From assembly GCA_030390025.1 (NCBI GenBank), contig CM059432.1, forward strand, positions 20,214,001 through 20,278,000: a stretch of DNA of 64,000 nt, given 5' to 3'. Below the pieces are notes generated by a model that saw only the letters and a program-made list of their open reading frames with translations, had not been told where the DNA came from and did not search any database. A program made the translations under genes and the position numbers. Position 1 is the first letter of the stretch; the number at the start of each line of letters is the position of its first letter. Source of the DNA: Squalus acanthias. Lineage: Eukaryota. Positions 12,963-25,858 of the stretch are shown here, piece by piece.

Positions 12963-13849
12963 CCTACTTTTAACATGTTTCTACATGATCTTATATTCGT
13001 TTGAGTGAATCTCTTCCCCTTTTCCCTCTGTATTTCACTTTTTGATTTATATAATTTTCATTCAGATTCACATTTGTTTAGACTGAGCTTGTTGATTCTC
13101 AGGTATGTATTTAACCTGTATGCTCAGCATCATTCCTTTAAAGGCGTTCCCATTTTCCTCTACATTGTTGAACAACCTCCCACAATCAACATATTTGAGT
13201 TCTTTACTTATTTATTGAAGCTAGTCATTTTAAAGTTATATATCTAGCTCCTCGTCTTGGGAATTTCTGAATCCCATATCACAATTGGATTTAGTTGTAC
13301 TGTGGTCGCTGTCTTCAGGGATGTCCCAGCCATGCCACAAAGTGGAAATGAATGCAAGTGGGCAGGCAAGAAAGCACGTAATATTACAAATGCTAAATTG
13401 ATTTGCTGCTGCTTTTGTTCCTTCTTTTTAATTGTCAAAAATTACAATGATACGCGCATTTTCTCCTTCTTGTATCCTCACTGTGTTGAAAACAATACTC
13501 TTTTCACTGTTCTCTGCTCATTTTTTCCCCCAAGCCTTCAAAACGAAGAACTCCTTATTATCTTCGCTCTTTGTTTTTTCCAAACCATGGGGGAGATTTT
13601 CAAGTCGGGCCCAAAACAGGGGCAAAATTGGTGGTGTGCCTGGTCAAGGCCACAGTCGGAAGAACCGAACCAATTTCAGGTTTGGGCCTCGTTTAAACTT
13701 TACCAGCGAGCTGTGGCTGCAAACGACAGTTCCGTGGCAGCTTGTCAGTTTGGCACATGCAGCGCAGGATCAGCCGGCTTTCTGGATAGGTAGGGTCTGT
13801 CAGGGGGACAGAATGGCCCTCCATTCACCACAACATTTCTGCATCTACC

Positions 13850-14345
13850 GAACTGCTCAATCACACCCTCACCTCCACCTTTGATGCCCTAGGCCCCGTT
13901 AAAACCATTGCTCTCTCTCTCTCACCCTGGTTGTTGCCCCGGTACGGCCCTCATCTCCACTGCCTTCAGTCCAAGGAACGTAGACTTGAACGTTTATGGC
14001 CGACAACTGGTTTAGCCATCCATCGCCAGATCTGGCTGGACAACATAAAGCACTATCGGGTCCTGCGTTCCTCTGCCAAAACTGTTCTAATCCAGTATCA
14101 TCTTGGATTGCAAAGTTAACCCCTGGCTTCTTTTCTCCACTACATACCATCTTCTTAAACCCCTCTCCCCTGCCTCCTCCACCCTCACCTCCAACAACTA
14201 GTGTGAGGAACTCATGGACTTCGACACTAAGATTGGCACCATCCATTCAGCTGCCTCTGCTGCTTCGCTTCCTTCCCCTAGCCCACCGGCCCAAACCTCT
14301 TCTCAGGTTCCCCCTGCCCTAGCCCTGAACTCGCATCTTTCTCTT
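13850..14345 (+). mobile_element. Degenerate L2-like LINE fragment
   Basis: KERRLERLW..TGLAIHRQIWLDNIKHY resembles the L2 ORF2 linker region. Confidence 0.5.
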
Positions 14346-14373
14346 CTATCTCCCCTCATGCCCTGGAATGGAA

Positions 14374-15010
14374 TGGAATGCTGGGCTTTATTATCTCGTG
14401 GACTGGAATACAAGGGGGTGGAAGTTATGCTGCAGCTGTACAAAACCCTGGTTAGACCACACCTGGAGGACTGAGAGCAGTTCTGGGCAGCACTAGGAAG
14501 GATATATTGACCTTGGAGGGAGTGCAGCGTAGGTTTACCAGAATGATACCTGGACTTCAAGGTTTAAGTTACAAGGAGAGATTACACAAATTAGGGTTGT
14601 ATTCCCTAGAATTTAGAAGGTTAAGGGATGATCTGATCGACGTTTTCAAGATATTAAGGGGAACAGATAGGGGAGACAGAGATAAACTATTTCCGCTGGT
14701 TGGGGATTCTAGGACTAGGGGGCATAGTCTAAAAATTAGAGCCAGACCTTTCAGGAGTGAAATTAGGAAACAGTTCTACACACAAAGGATGGTAGAAGTT
14801 TGGAACTCTCTTCTGCAAACGGCAATTGATGCTAGATCAATTGTTAATTTTAAATCAGAGATTGATTGCTTTTGGTTAACCAAAGGTATTAAGGGATATG
14901 GGCCAAAGGCGGGTATATGGAGTTGGGTCACAGATCAGCCATGATCTCATTGAATGGCGGAACAGGCTCGAGGGGCTCAATGGCCTCCTCCTGTTCCTAC
15001 TTTCCTATGC
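14374..15010 (+). mobile_element. CR1 3' fragment
   Basis: ORF 14507-14944 is the CR1 ORF2 C-terminus. Confidence 0.9.
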
Positions 15011-17033
15011 CTTTTGTGAGATCAAACCTGACATAAAACAGGAGGAATAACATTGTACTTCACAGACAGAATGACGTGCTACTTCACTTTATCTGTCACT
15101 AGAGGCTGCCAGTGCAGTTATACAATGGCAGAGATCAGATGCTACTTAAGTAATGCGTTATGAAGATTAACATAGTTTTGCAGATAAAAAGAAAAATGCA
15201 AAAGCATAAAATACTTTAAATGCAAAGCAAGTCTATCAGTGAGATGGAAAGGGCAAAAGCTACAAATGCTGGAAGTCTGAAACATAAATGGAAAGAAATT
15301 TCAGTCAGCATCTGTAAATAAAGACAAGTTCATGTTATAGTTGTATTGCTTGTTCAGAATTGACAGAGAAATCCAATATTTCAGCTGGATTACACCTCTC
15401 ATTCTCTTTCAGGATCTGACTGACCTGATGTTATGGCACTTTTAATAGTTAGGTGCTGGTCCATTATATGCTCAGAACACTTTCAATCTTACTCATTTTT
15501 AATCTTCAACAAACAGCGAGCTTAAAGGCTTCATTTTATGCTGACCACCATTGCTTCTTCTTGCAATTGCATTTGCCTTAGAGTCTAAATAGCAGTAAAA
15601 ACAGTTCTGATTTAATCCACCGCCCACTGCACAGCCCAGAGAGCCATGGAAGCAAAGAAACACCTGAGGTACATGGCAATTTATAGTGGCATCCAACCAA
15701 TTTAAACATTTCCAGTCTACAGTGATGCATCACCTCCCCCACATCACTTCATAGACTACAGTGCCAGAAGTAATTACCTCCCCTCCATCACGGATACTGT
15801 GCTTTTGTCAGAAATTCAAAAGAAATTGTGTGGGAACTGCTACAGCAGTGGCAGAAGCCCCAAAAGCAATATTATTAATTCAGCTCTGTTTTGCTCCCAA
15901 ATATGTGTGTCCCTGAAAAAAAAATATGTCTGTTCAGCCATTTTGTGACAGTTTTTCAGAAGAGACAGCACCTCATTTACTGACAGTTCCACACAGACTG
16001 AATTCTAACCGTGATTAAAAAAAACTGAACCCAAGTCTTTAATTCTATATCCAGAATCTTAAAACTCCCAGTAAATATTAAAAAATGACAATTACACCAC
16101 ACTAGCATCTTTTAATCCCACATGCCTGGAATAAATTGCTGTAAAAGTTCAAAACACAAACTTAAAATAGTATTTTTGGTACAGACTGGAATATTGATAT
16201 TTGTAATATATCCCTTTAGGGATAGATGAGTCCGCCAATTAATTTTCCTGTACGTTCCGGAACATTCTTCATGTCACATTCACCATTGCAATCCCACCAA
16301 AAATAATTTACAATCAAGCGAGGGGACAGAGTGGTTGGTTTAACTTGCAGTTGTCGTACTTGACACTAACATAGTCATTTGCTACAACATTCACGTCTAC
16401 TTACTGGTTCAGCTCTTCTACACACAATGTTAACTAGAAACGGAAATTAGTGCAGTTGATACAATTGATGAAGAGAGGCTGTTAATGTTCATTTTAAATT
16501 GAGAAAGCTAGATGAAGGGCCTAAGCCCATAGTGCAAGGACACCAACAAGACTGAAAATAGAAGGAACTATGAGAAAATGTGAAAACTAATGGGTAAAAC
16601 GGTCAGTTTGGTGCTGAACAGGCGCGATATCGGTGATGTGCCCGCGGTGCCCACACAATGCCGCAGTCGGGAGGCCTGAACCACTTTCACATTCAGGCGT
16701 CATTAACATTTGGTCGGCGGGCTTAAAAAATACTTAGCGTTTTGGAGACGCTTTCTGCGATCCCTTTAAGGCCTCTCCACAGCTGAAGAAATGGGACTGG
16801 TTTGGGTCATGCATGCTCTGCCTATTTCGCTTTGAAAGGAACCTAATTTGCATAAACAGCCTTCTGCCTGGATTTGAGGGTGGGGTGGAGGGGGTGATTC
16901 CTGGGCACCCATTTTAATAGCCTGCCTGTAGTTGATTCAGGAGTGTAAATGGCATCACAAGGTCCTCACTAGACCTTCAGCAGCCCGCTTTCCCATCAGA
17001 CTAGAACGACACAACCATCACATAATCAAGTAA

Positions 17034-17144
17034 TGATGTGGAGATTCGCTCATTGCTAACTTACCTGACGAAGGAGCGACAGCTCCGAAAGCTTGTAAAA
17101 TTAAATAAATCTGTTGGACTATAACCTGGTGTTGTGCGACTTCT
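17034..17144 (+). mobile_element. Short Penelope-like pLTR insertion (same family)
   Basis: 13-bp TSD cataatcaagtaa (17021-17033, 17145-17157). Starts with tgatgtggagat, the reverse complement of the family tail atctccacatca. Confidence 0.88.
17061..17098 (+). ncRNA. Minimal type I hammerhead ribozyme (Penelope-associated)
   Basis: UUAC-CUGACGA-A-GGAGC-gaca-GCUCC-GAA-AGCU-U-GUAA: intact CUGANGA and GAAA core, stem II, palindromic stem III, stem I UUAC/GUAA. Confidence 0.82.
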
Positions 17145-17185
17145 CATAATCAAGTAACACAAAGGAGCACAAAAGGGAAACTCAC

Positions 17186-17263
17186 CATTTGTGTTAATGC
17201 GGAAGATGTTTGCTGTAAGCTCCTGAAACACCTCTTGAATTTCATTGGGATCAATCTGTGATG
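17186..17263 (-). CDS. TSNARE1: t-SNARE domain-containing protein 1, internal coding exon (78 nt, phase 1-1)
   Basis: Minus strand: acceptor ttttgtttttgttctacctccccaacag, donor gtgagt. Encodes (A)SQIDPNEIQEVFQELTANIFRINTN, matching the remembered TSNARE1 segment (human approx. [26 protein letters not shown]). Splices in frame to exon 10692-10623. Confidence 0.9.
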
Positions 17264-18633
17264 CTGTTGGGGAGGTAGAACAAAAACAAAATTTACCACA
17301 TGATTAACACGCTGTACAGTGGACTACTGTCTCTGATATAATCTCATTTAGTCTATTCAAATCAAATTCCTCAGATTCTTTTATATTTAAATGGCCCATT
17401 TGTTTTAAATGGGTTGCCTCCAATAAAACAGCAAAGAGTAACTTGATACAAGTGCATTAAGTATTCGTGCAGTAACATCACCAACAAAGACACTTGTAGT
17501 CGACAGATTGTTAATAAAGCTTAGTCATAATTAAAACCATTTATAAAACTTTAATTACTTGTGCCCATATCATTTTTTATTTAAATCATGCATTTGTTCT
17601 TTTAAATGATATCTATGATAATTACCAACCTTATTATAACATGCAGAATTGAGATTTTGGCACCAGGACTCTCAACAGCTAATGTGGTAACACATTGATT
17701 TTTTTTTGTATCTGAAAAAGTTGTGACTAATAAAGCTGCTGGAATTACTAATGTGAGGTATTCCGGTGATGCTTAGGATCTGAAGCTCTAATGGTGCTGT
17801 TGTGCCGTTGGAACTGAGGCGGAGAATGAATTTTCCAAGCGGTAATGGCGTTGAACCCGCCATAAATTGTGCAGTCAGTTAACTAAATATGCTGATACAT
17901 TGGGGAGGGCAGAAACTTCTGCAGTGGTCGAAATTAGTCCCTAAATGGAGGCACTGGGCATCTTCTCAGACGACCCGAGATAGATAGCAGGGGTCACAGC
18001 AAAGTCCAATGCCATCCCCCGTGCCAATATCCAATAAGAATTTTAAACAATGCAGCACTACCTGGAGCAAGTGGAAGCACCAAGAAGACCATCTAGGGAA
18101 TTCATTACCCCAATAGAGACTTGCAGACCAGTCGGTGCATCTAAACTGAAAGCTTTAAACATTGGCCTTCAGGCACTGGGGACCATTTGAAGCAAATGAT
18201 GGAACCCAGATTCTGAGATCTTTGGGGCACCATCTCTCAGGGTCTGCAGATTCTACCTGACACCATCAAGTCTGCCCTCCCACTGATCACTAGGCAATTC
18301 AGATGCAGGACCCAGCTCAAACGGTGTGGATAGAATCCACCTTCATGATGCTGTTCTCGGTGACAGATCATGCAACCTTTTCAGCGAGCCCCCTCAGATG
18401 CCTGTACATGTTGGTGGCAGGGTACAGAATCAGAACATTAAAACCACTGAGAGCGTATAGTGTAGATTCACCAAGATGATGCCAGTGATAAGAAATCGTT
18501 AGGAGAGATTTGAGATACTGAGACTATTCCCACTGGAGCAGAGAAGCATAAGAGGAAATTTAATAGAGATTTTGAAAATGATGATGGGATTTGCTAGAGT
18601 GCCTGGAGAGAGACTCTTTCCTCTGGTTGGGGA

Positions 18634-20168
18634 ACATAAGAACATAAGAAATAGGAGCAGGAGTAGGCCATTCGGCCCCTCCAGCCTGCTCCGCCATTTA
18701 ATGAGATCATGGCTGATCCAATTTTGGCCTCAACTCCACTTGGCCTTGACTCCCCTGTTGCTCAAAAATCTGTCTATCTCAGCCTTGAATATATTCAATG
18801 ACTCAGTTTCCACAGCTCTCCGGGGTAAAGAATTCCAAAGATTCACAACCCTCTGAGAGAAGAAATTCCTCCTCATCTCCGTCTTAAATGGGCGACCCCT
18901 TATTCTGAGGCTATGTCCCCTCGTTCTAGATACCTCCATGAGGTGAAACATCCTCTCAGCATCTACCCTGTCCAACCCCTTCAGAATCTTATATGTTTCA
19001 ATAAGATCACCTCTCATTCTTCTAAACTCCAATGAGTATAGGCCCAACCTGTTCAACCTTTCCTCATAAGACAACCCTTCCATCCCAGGAATCAACCTAG
19101 AGAACTTTCTCTGAACTGCCTCCAATGCAAGTACAGGAAACTCTTGTTTAATCGGCACCTAAATATCCGGAATTCTCTCTTAACCGGCAAAAATCATACT
19201 CCGAAAACTCCTCTCAAATAACCGGCAATGTTGCCGAGTCCGAGTCTCCCGCGAACGCCGAGTACTCCGAAAACTCCTCTCAAATAACCGGCAATGTTGC
19301 CGAGTCCAAGTCCGAATCTCCCGCGAACGCAGAGTTAGTCAGTGGGGGTAGTTCTCCAAAGTGCCACTACTCAGCCTCCTGGCGCTGTCGGAAGTCCGAA
19401 CACTGCAGTTTGTTAAAAATAGCCTCGGTAGATATAACTCTCCGTTATCCGGAACTTTTGATCAACCGGCACCACGCCGGGTGCCGGATACCAAAGAGTT
19501 TCCTGTATATCCCTCCTTAAATAAGGGGACCAAATCTGTACACAGTACTCTAGGTGTGGTCTCACCAACGCCCTGTACAGTTGTAGCAAGACTTCCCTAC
19601 TTTTAAAATCTATCCCCTTGAAATAAAGGCCAACATTCCATTTGCCTTGCTAATTACTTGCTGTACCTGCATGTTAACTTTTTGTGTTTCATGTACGAGG
19701 ACACCCAAATCCCTCTGTACCGCCATATTCTGTAGTCTTTTTCCATTTAAATAATATTTTTCTTTTCTATTCTTCCTACCAAAGTGGATAACTTCACATT
19801 TTCCCACATTTTACTCCATTTGCCAAATTCTTGCCCACTCACTTAACCTATCTATATCCCTTTGCAGACTCTTTATGTCCTCCTCACAACTTGCTTTCCC
19901 ACCTATCTTTGTATCATCTGCAAATTTGGCTACAATACACGCGCTTCCTTCATCCAAGTCATTAATATAGATTGAAAATAGTTGAGGCCCCACTAGTTAC
20001 AGATTGCCATCCTGAAAATGACCCATTTATCCCGACTCTCTGTCTTCTGTTAGTTAGCCAATCCTCTATCCAATCTAATATATTACCCCCAACACCATGA
20101 GCTCTTATCTTATGCAGTAACCTTTTACGTGGCACCTTGTCGAATGCCTTTTGGAAATCCAAGTACAC
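18634..20168 (-). mobile_element. CR1 RT and 3' fragment split by the Tigger-type MITE, itself nested in an older plus-strand CR1 (about 18440-18633 and 20169-20280)
   Basis: YLDFQKAFDKV, KFADDTK and FFSQRVVNLWNSLP in minus-strand ORFs. Confidence 0.9.
19134..19505. mobile_element. Tigger/pogo-type MITE inserted in a CR1
   Basis: TIRs caggaaactctt...aagagtttcctg with TA on both sides. Removing it restores the CR1 sequence gcaagTAtatccctcc. Internal ~65-bp tandem duplication (19197-19330). Confidence 0.9.
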
Positions 20169-21494
20169 TCAGTCATTGATGAGGGGGTTATCAATTTAAA
20201 ATGACCACAAACTGCAAGGAGAGAGGTTAGGAGAATTTCTCTACACAAAATTGTTGGAGTATAAAACGCTTTGCTAAATGTTAAAATATTCTTTCCTCTC
20301 CCTCCTCTTATCTTTTCTAATTTTCTCTTTCACTTTACTCGCAGCTTTGGGCCCCCCCGGGGGGGGGAAAGCAAGAAAAATGTTGGGATTTACTGGCGTG
20401 AGACTTTTGATCCTGAGATGAAAGAATGAGAGGTTCCCAATTCATACAAGGAAATTTGCTTTGCCTGGCTACTCTATCTGTACTATATTTCATAAAATGC
20501 CACAACAGCTTCATTGTTTCCATACCTATCCTGGTATGTTTGGTGTCTCTTCACTCTCAGGAAAAGAAAATGATCAAGGTAAAATAAAGTGCTCAGTGTA
20601 TGTATACATATATGATGGCCTTTTGCACACTGCAGTAGTAATTAGGATGGGTAATGTCCAGGCTGAGCTGGAAGAACTAAAACAAAGGGAGATGAAGCAA
20701 ACAGGTGACAATGATGTGGGCTATAAAATGTCTGTTTCAATGTATAAGCTTTTTCTTGTATTGCTGTTCAATCATACTAAAGAATTCCCTATCCACCATG
20801 CAAACACTTGTGAAGGAGCATCAGGTCCCAACAAAACTCTTAAGAAAGCATTCTGAGTGATTAACAATTGATAAGAATGCAATGCAGCTATACCTTTCAA
20901 TCAAGTTTTTACAGATCTCTGGTGTAAACATTAATAGATCCAATAAAACAAACTACAGTTATCACAAAACTCTCTCATATTTCTAGAAGGGTTTTTAAAT
21001 CTTTAATAATATCTAATTAAAGCATTTTTCTCTCAAAGGAAACAAATTGACTTGGGTGGCAGATTGTCCTTTCACATCTAGGCACAATGCCACCCAGAAT
21101 GCTGGAATGAAAGTGTTCGCTCTCTGTGGCTTTAAGAGCTTTAGCGCTATGAGTTTCAGTATTTTAGCCCAGTTCTTACTGGTGGCCGCCAGCCCATAGC
21201 ACAAAATTGCCCACAACTCAGCATTAAATTCAATGGCCTGGCATTTCCGCCACATTTGCGTCCAGAGACACGCGTAATCTGGGTGCAAACCAATTATTTG
21301 GCTTAAAAGATTGCAAAATTTTGGGCGTAAGTGAGTTAAGCGTGCGCAACTACAATATGCCCAAGTCTCCACGATCGTTTACGGCCGTCCATCAAACCCT
21401 CCGCCAGAATGAATCTCCACCCACAACACTGGCCTAGTCTACAACTCTCAAACATGATCACCCTGCAATTGTGCTTGTTCAAGAAGGAAAAAGT

Positions 21495-21840
21495 CTTTTT
21501 TTTTATTCATTCACGGGATGTGGGCGTCTCTGGCAAGGCCAGCATTTATTGCCCTCGAGAAAGTGGTTGTGAGCCACCTTATACAACTGAGTGGCTTGCT
21601 AGGCCACTTCAGAGGGCAGTTTAAGAGTCAACCACATTGCTGTGGGTCTGGAGTCACATATAGGCCAGACCGGGTAAGGGCGGCAGATTTCCTTCCCTAA
21701 AGGACATTAGTGAACCAGATGGGTTTTTACAACACTCCGGTAGTTTCATGGTTACTAGCTTTTTATTCCAGATTTATTTAATTAACTGAATTTAAATTCC
21801 CCAGCTGCCGTGGTGGGATTTGAACTCACGTCTCTGGATC
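21495..21840 (-). mobile_element. SINE sharing its 3' tail with the second LINE family
   Basis: Minus strand has a B-box-like gagttcaaatccc, a distinct body, and the tail gcaataaatgctggccttgccag...A-run. Confidence 0.7.
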
Positions 21841-22321
21841 CTTCTGTACCCCTTCTGGCATCTTATTACAATTTTTCGAGCGTTTTTTAAAATTTATTTT
21901 TACTGAGACTTGCTCTGGATTTTCTGTTTCTTTGAATGTATTTTAATGGCGTAAGTTTAAGTCACATTAAAAACTGAATAGCTTCTCCGATTGCAGGTTC
22001 TTGAACATGCTGTGCCTAATGTGCAGGAACGATGGTTAAATGATTTGAAATTGAATTTTCATACTTAGAGAAGAAATTAATGGTGTGGGTTCAGCGCTTT
22101 CCTTGGGCCTCAAATGTTTAAGCTGATTTACGACAGTTTTGAGTTCGGCCGTATTCTAATGAGATTGGGAGGATACATTGCTGTAACTTGACATGGGCAA
22201 AATGGGTGCGGCTTTGGGAGTGTTTTCGGGTCAAACGCCTGGGTCGCGCCCACGGAGGAAACACCAGGCCATCAAATTTGCACAGAGGTATGAACAATGC
22301 GTATTTCACTGAATGATCCCT

Positions 22322-25300
22322 TCTAGGGATAGATACTGTTCTCTGCAGCCGCGACAGGGAGTACCGAAGGTTGTGTTGCCTGCCCGGGTGCCAGGGGTAA
22401 AGACATCACCTCGCGGCTGGAGAAGAACTTGAAGTGGGAAGGGAAAATCCAGTTGTCGTGATCCACGTAGGAACCAACGACATAGGTAGAACTAGGAATG
22501 AGGTTCTGCTGAGAGAATTTGAGGAGTTGGGGTCCAAATTAAAAAGCAGAACCTCAAAGGTAATAATCTCTGGATTGTCACCTGAGCCACTAGCCAATTG
22601 GCATAGGGATAAGCAGAAGGTTAAATGCGTGGCTGAAAGAGTGGTGTGGGAGGCAGGGGTTTCGTTTCATTGGCCACTGGGACTAGTACTGGGGAAAGAG
22701 GGAGCTGTTCCATTGGGACAAGCTCCACTTAAACCGGCCTGGAACCAGTGTCCTGGTGAATCGAATAACTAGGGTAGTAGACAGGGCTTTAAACTAATAA
22801 GGCGGGGGGGGGGAGGAGCGGAGGATTCAGGAAAGAGTAAATTTAAAAGTAGCAAAGGAAAGGTCAAGGCTCTGGAGTAAGCAGAGTGGGTCAGGAAGGG
22901 ACAGAATATCAAAGGTAATAGAGCATCAGTTACCAAGGTGACATCAAGGAAAAATAGAAAGCTAAAGGTACTATGCCGGAATGCACGAAGCATTCACAAC
23001 AAAATAGATGAATTAATAGCACAGGCAGAAATGAATAGGTTTGATCTAATAGCCATTACAGAGACGTGGTTGCAAAGTGACCAAGGTTGGGAACTAAATA
23101 TTCCAGGAGACTTAAATTTTAGAAGGGATAGGCAAAATGGAAAAGGAGGAGGAGTAGCCCTGATAATAAAGGATAGGATAAAAGACAGTAGAGAGAAAGG
23201 ATCTTGACTCAGAAAATCAAGAAGTAGAATCAGTTTGGGTGGAATCAAGAAACAGCAAGGGACAGAAAACATTGGTGGGAGTTGTTTTAGGCCCCCAAAC
23301 AATAGTTGTCATGTAGGGCAGAGTATAAATCAGGAAATTAGAGGTGCATGTAACAAGGGTAATACAGTAATCATGGGGGCCTTTAATCTACATATAGACT
23401 GGGCAAACCAAATTTGCAGTAATAGTGTGGAGGACGAATTCATGGAATCTATACAAGGTAGTTTTCTAGATCAGTACGTTGAGGAACCAACTTGGGAACA
23501 GGCTATTTTAGATCTAGTATTGTGCAATGAGAAAGGGTTAATTACTAACCTTGTAGTAAAGGGGCCTTTAGGGAAGAGTGACCATAATATGATAGAATTT
23601 TACATTGAGTTTGAAAGTGATTTAGTTAAATCCGAAACTAGGGTCTTAAATCTAAACAAAGCAAACTATGTAGGTATGAGAGGCGAGTTGGCCAAGGTAG
23701 ATTGGGAAACTACATTAAAAGTTATGATGGTAGACAAGCAATGGCTAGCATTTAAAGAATTAATACATAATTTACAACAAATATACATTCCTTTAAGGCA
23801 CAAAAACCTCACAGGAAAAGTGGTCCAACCGTGGCTAACAAGGGAAGTTATAGAGAGTATTAGATCAAAGGAAGAGGCTTATAATGCTGCCAAAAAGAGT
23901 AGTAAGCCTGAAGATTGGGAGGATTTTAGAATTCAGCAAAGGAGGACCAAGAAATTGATAAGGAAAGAGAAAAAAAGAATATGAAAGTAAATTAGCAAGA
24001 GACATAAAAACAGATTGTAAATGTTTCTATAGGTCTGTACATAGGAAGAGATTAGTGAAAGTAAACGTGGGCCCATTAGAGGCAGACACAGGAGAAATTA
24101 TAATGGGCAATAAGGAAATGGCAGAACATTAAACAAATACTTTGTATCTGTCTTCACGGTGGAAGACACAAAAAACATTCCAGCAATAATGGGGAACCAA
24201 GGGTCTAGAGAAAATGAGGAACTTAAAGAAATCAGTATAAGTAAAGACAAAGTACTGGAGCAATTAATGGGACTAAGTGGCGACAAATCCCCTGGACCTG
24301 ACGACCTGCATCCTAGGGTTTTAAAAGAGGTAGCTGCAGAGATAGTGGATGCACTGGTATTAATCTTCCAGAATTCCATAGATTCTAGACCAGTCCCCAA
24401 GGATTGGAAGGTAGCAAACATAACCCCGCTATTTAAGAAAGGAGGAGAGAAAAAACTATAGGCCAGTTAGCCTGACATCAGTAGTAGGCAAAATGTTAGA
24501 ATCTATTATTAGGGACGTGATAACAGGGCACTTAGAAAATCATTATATGATTAGGCAGAGTCAACATGCTTTTCTGAAAGGGAAATCGTGTTTGACAAAT
24601 CTGTTAGAGTTTTTTGAAGATGTAACTAATAGGATGGATAAGGGGGAACCAGTGGAAGTAGTGTACTTGGATTTTCAAAAAGCATTCGATAAGGTGCCAG
24701 ACAAGATTAGGACTCATGGGATTGGGGTAATATATTAGCATGGATTGAGGATTGGTTAATGGACAGAAAACAGAGAGTAGGAATACACAGGACTTTTTCG
24801 GGTTGGCAGGCTGTAACTAGTGGGGTACCGCAAGGATCAGTGCTTGGGCCTCAGCTATTTACAATCTATATTAATGACTTAGATGAAGGGACTGAGTGTA
24901 ATGTATCCAAGTTTGCTGATGATCAAAGTCAGGTGGGAAAGTAAGCTGGGAAAGTAAGCTGTGAGGAGGACGCAAAGAGGCTGCAGAGAGATATAGACAG
25001 GTTGACTGAGTGGGCAAGAACATGGAAAATGGAATACAATGTGGGGAAGTGTGAAGTTATCCACTTTGGTAGGAAAAACAAAAAAGCAGAATATTTTTTG
25101 AATGGTGAGAGACTGGGAAATGTTTGCATTCAGAGGCACCTGGGTGTCCTTGTACATGAATCACAGAAAGTTAACATGCAGGCACAGCAAGCAATTATGA
25201 AAGCAAATGGTATGTTAGCTTTTTTTACAAAGGGATCAGCGTAGAAGAGTAAAGAAGTCTTACTACAATTGTACAGGGATTGCTGAAGCCACACCTGGAG

Positions 25301-25858
25301 TACTGTGTACAGTTCTGGTCTCCTTACCTAAGGAAAGACATACTTGCCTTAGAGGGAGTGCAATGAAGGTTCACTAGACTGGTTCCTGGGATGAGGGGAT
25401 TGCCCTATGAGGAGAGATTCAGTAGACTAGGCATATATTCCCTAGAGTTTAGAAGAATGAGAGGTGATCTAATTGAAACATATAAAATTCTTAAGGGGCT
25501 TGACAGGGTTAGTGCTGAGAAAATGTTGCCCCTGGCTGGGGAATCTAGAACACGGGGTCACAGTCTCAGAATTAGGGGTCGACCATTTAGGACTGAGATT
25601 AGGAGAAATTTATTCACTCAAAGGGTTGTGAATTTTTTGAATTCTCTACCCCAGAGAGCTGTGGATACTCAGTCGTTGAGTATATTCAAGACAGAGGTCG
25701 ATAAATTTTTGGGAACTAAGGAAATTAAGGGATATGGGGATAGTGCGGGAAGGTGGAGTTGAGGTAGAAGATCAGCCATGATCTTGTTGAATGGCGGAGC
25801 AGGTTCAAAGGACCAAATGGCCTACTCCAGGCTCCTATTTCTTATGTTTTTATGTTCT
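22322..25858 (+). mobile_element. Long decayed CR1: ORF1 esterase C-terminus, ORF2 APE endonuclease and RT, 3' UTR
   Basis: PVVVIHVGTNDIG (SGNH), NARSI, IAITETW, GKSDHNMI and RT motifs; many frameshifts. Confidence 0.93.

Noticed and set aside
13257..13884. Long ORFs of 178 and 150 aa, and similar GC-rich ORFs at 29424-29998 and 63021-63500
   Set aside because: No recognisable domain; they run across MITE remnants and low-complexity DNA.
19197..19330. Repeat-spacer-like duplication suggesting a CRISPR array
   Set aside because: Only two units, no unique spacers, eukaryotic context, and it lies inside a MITE.
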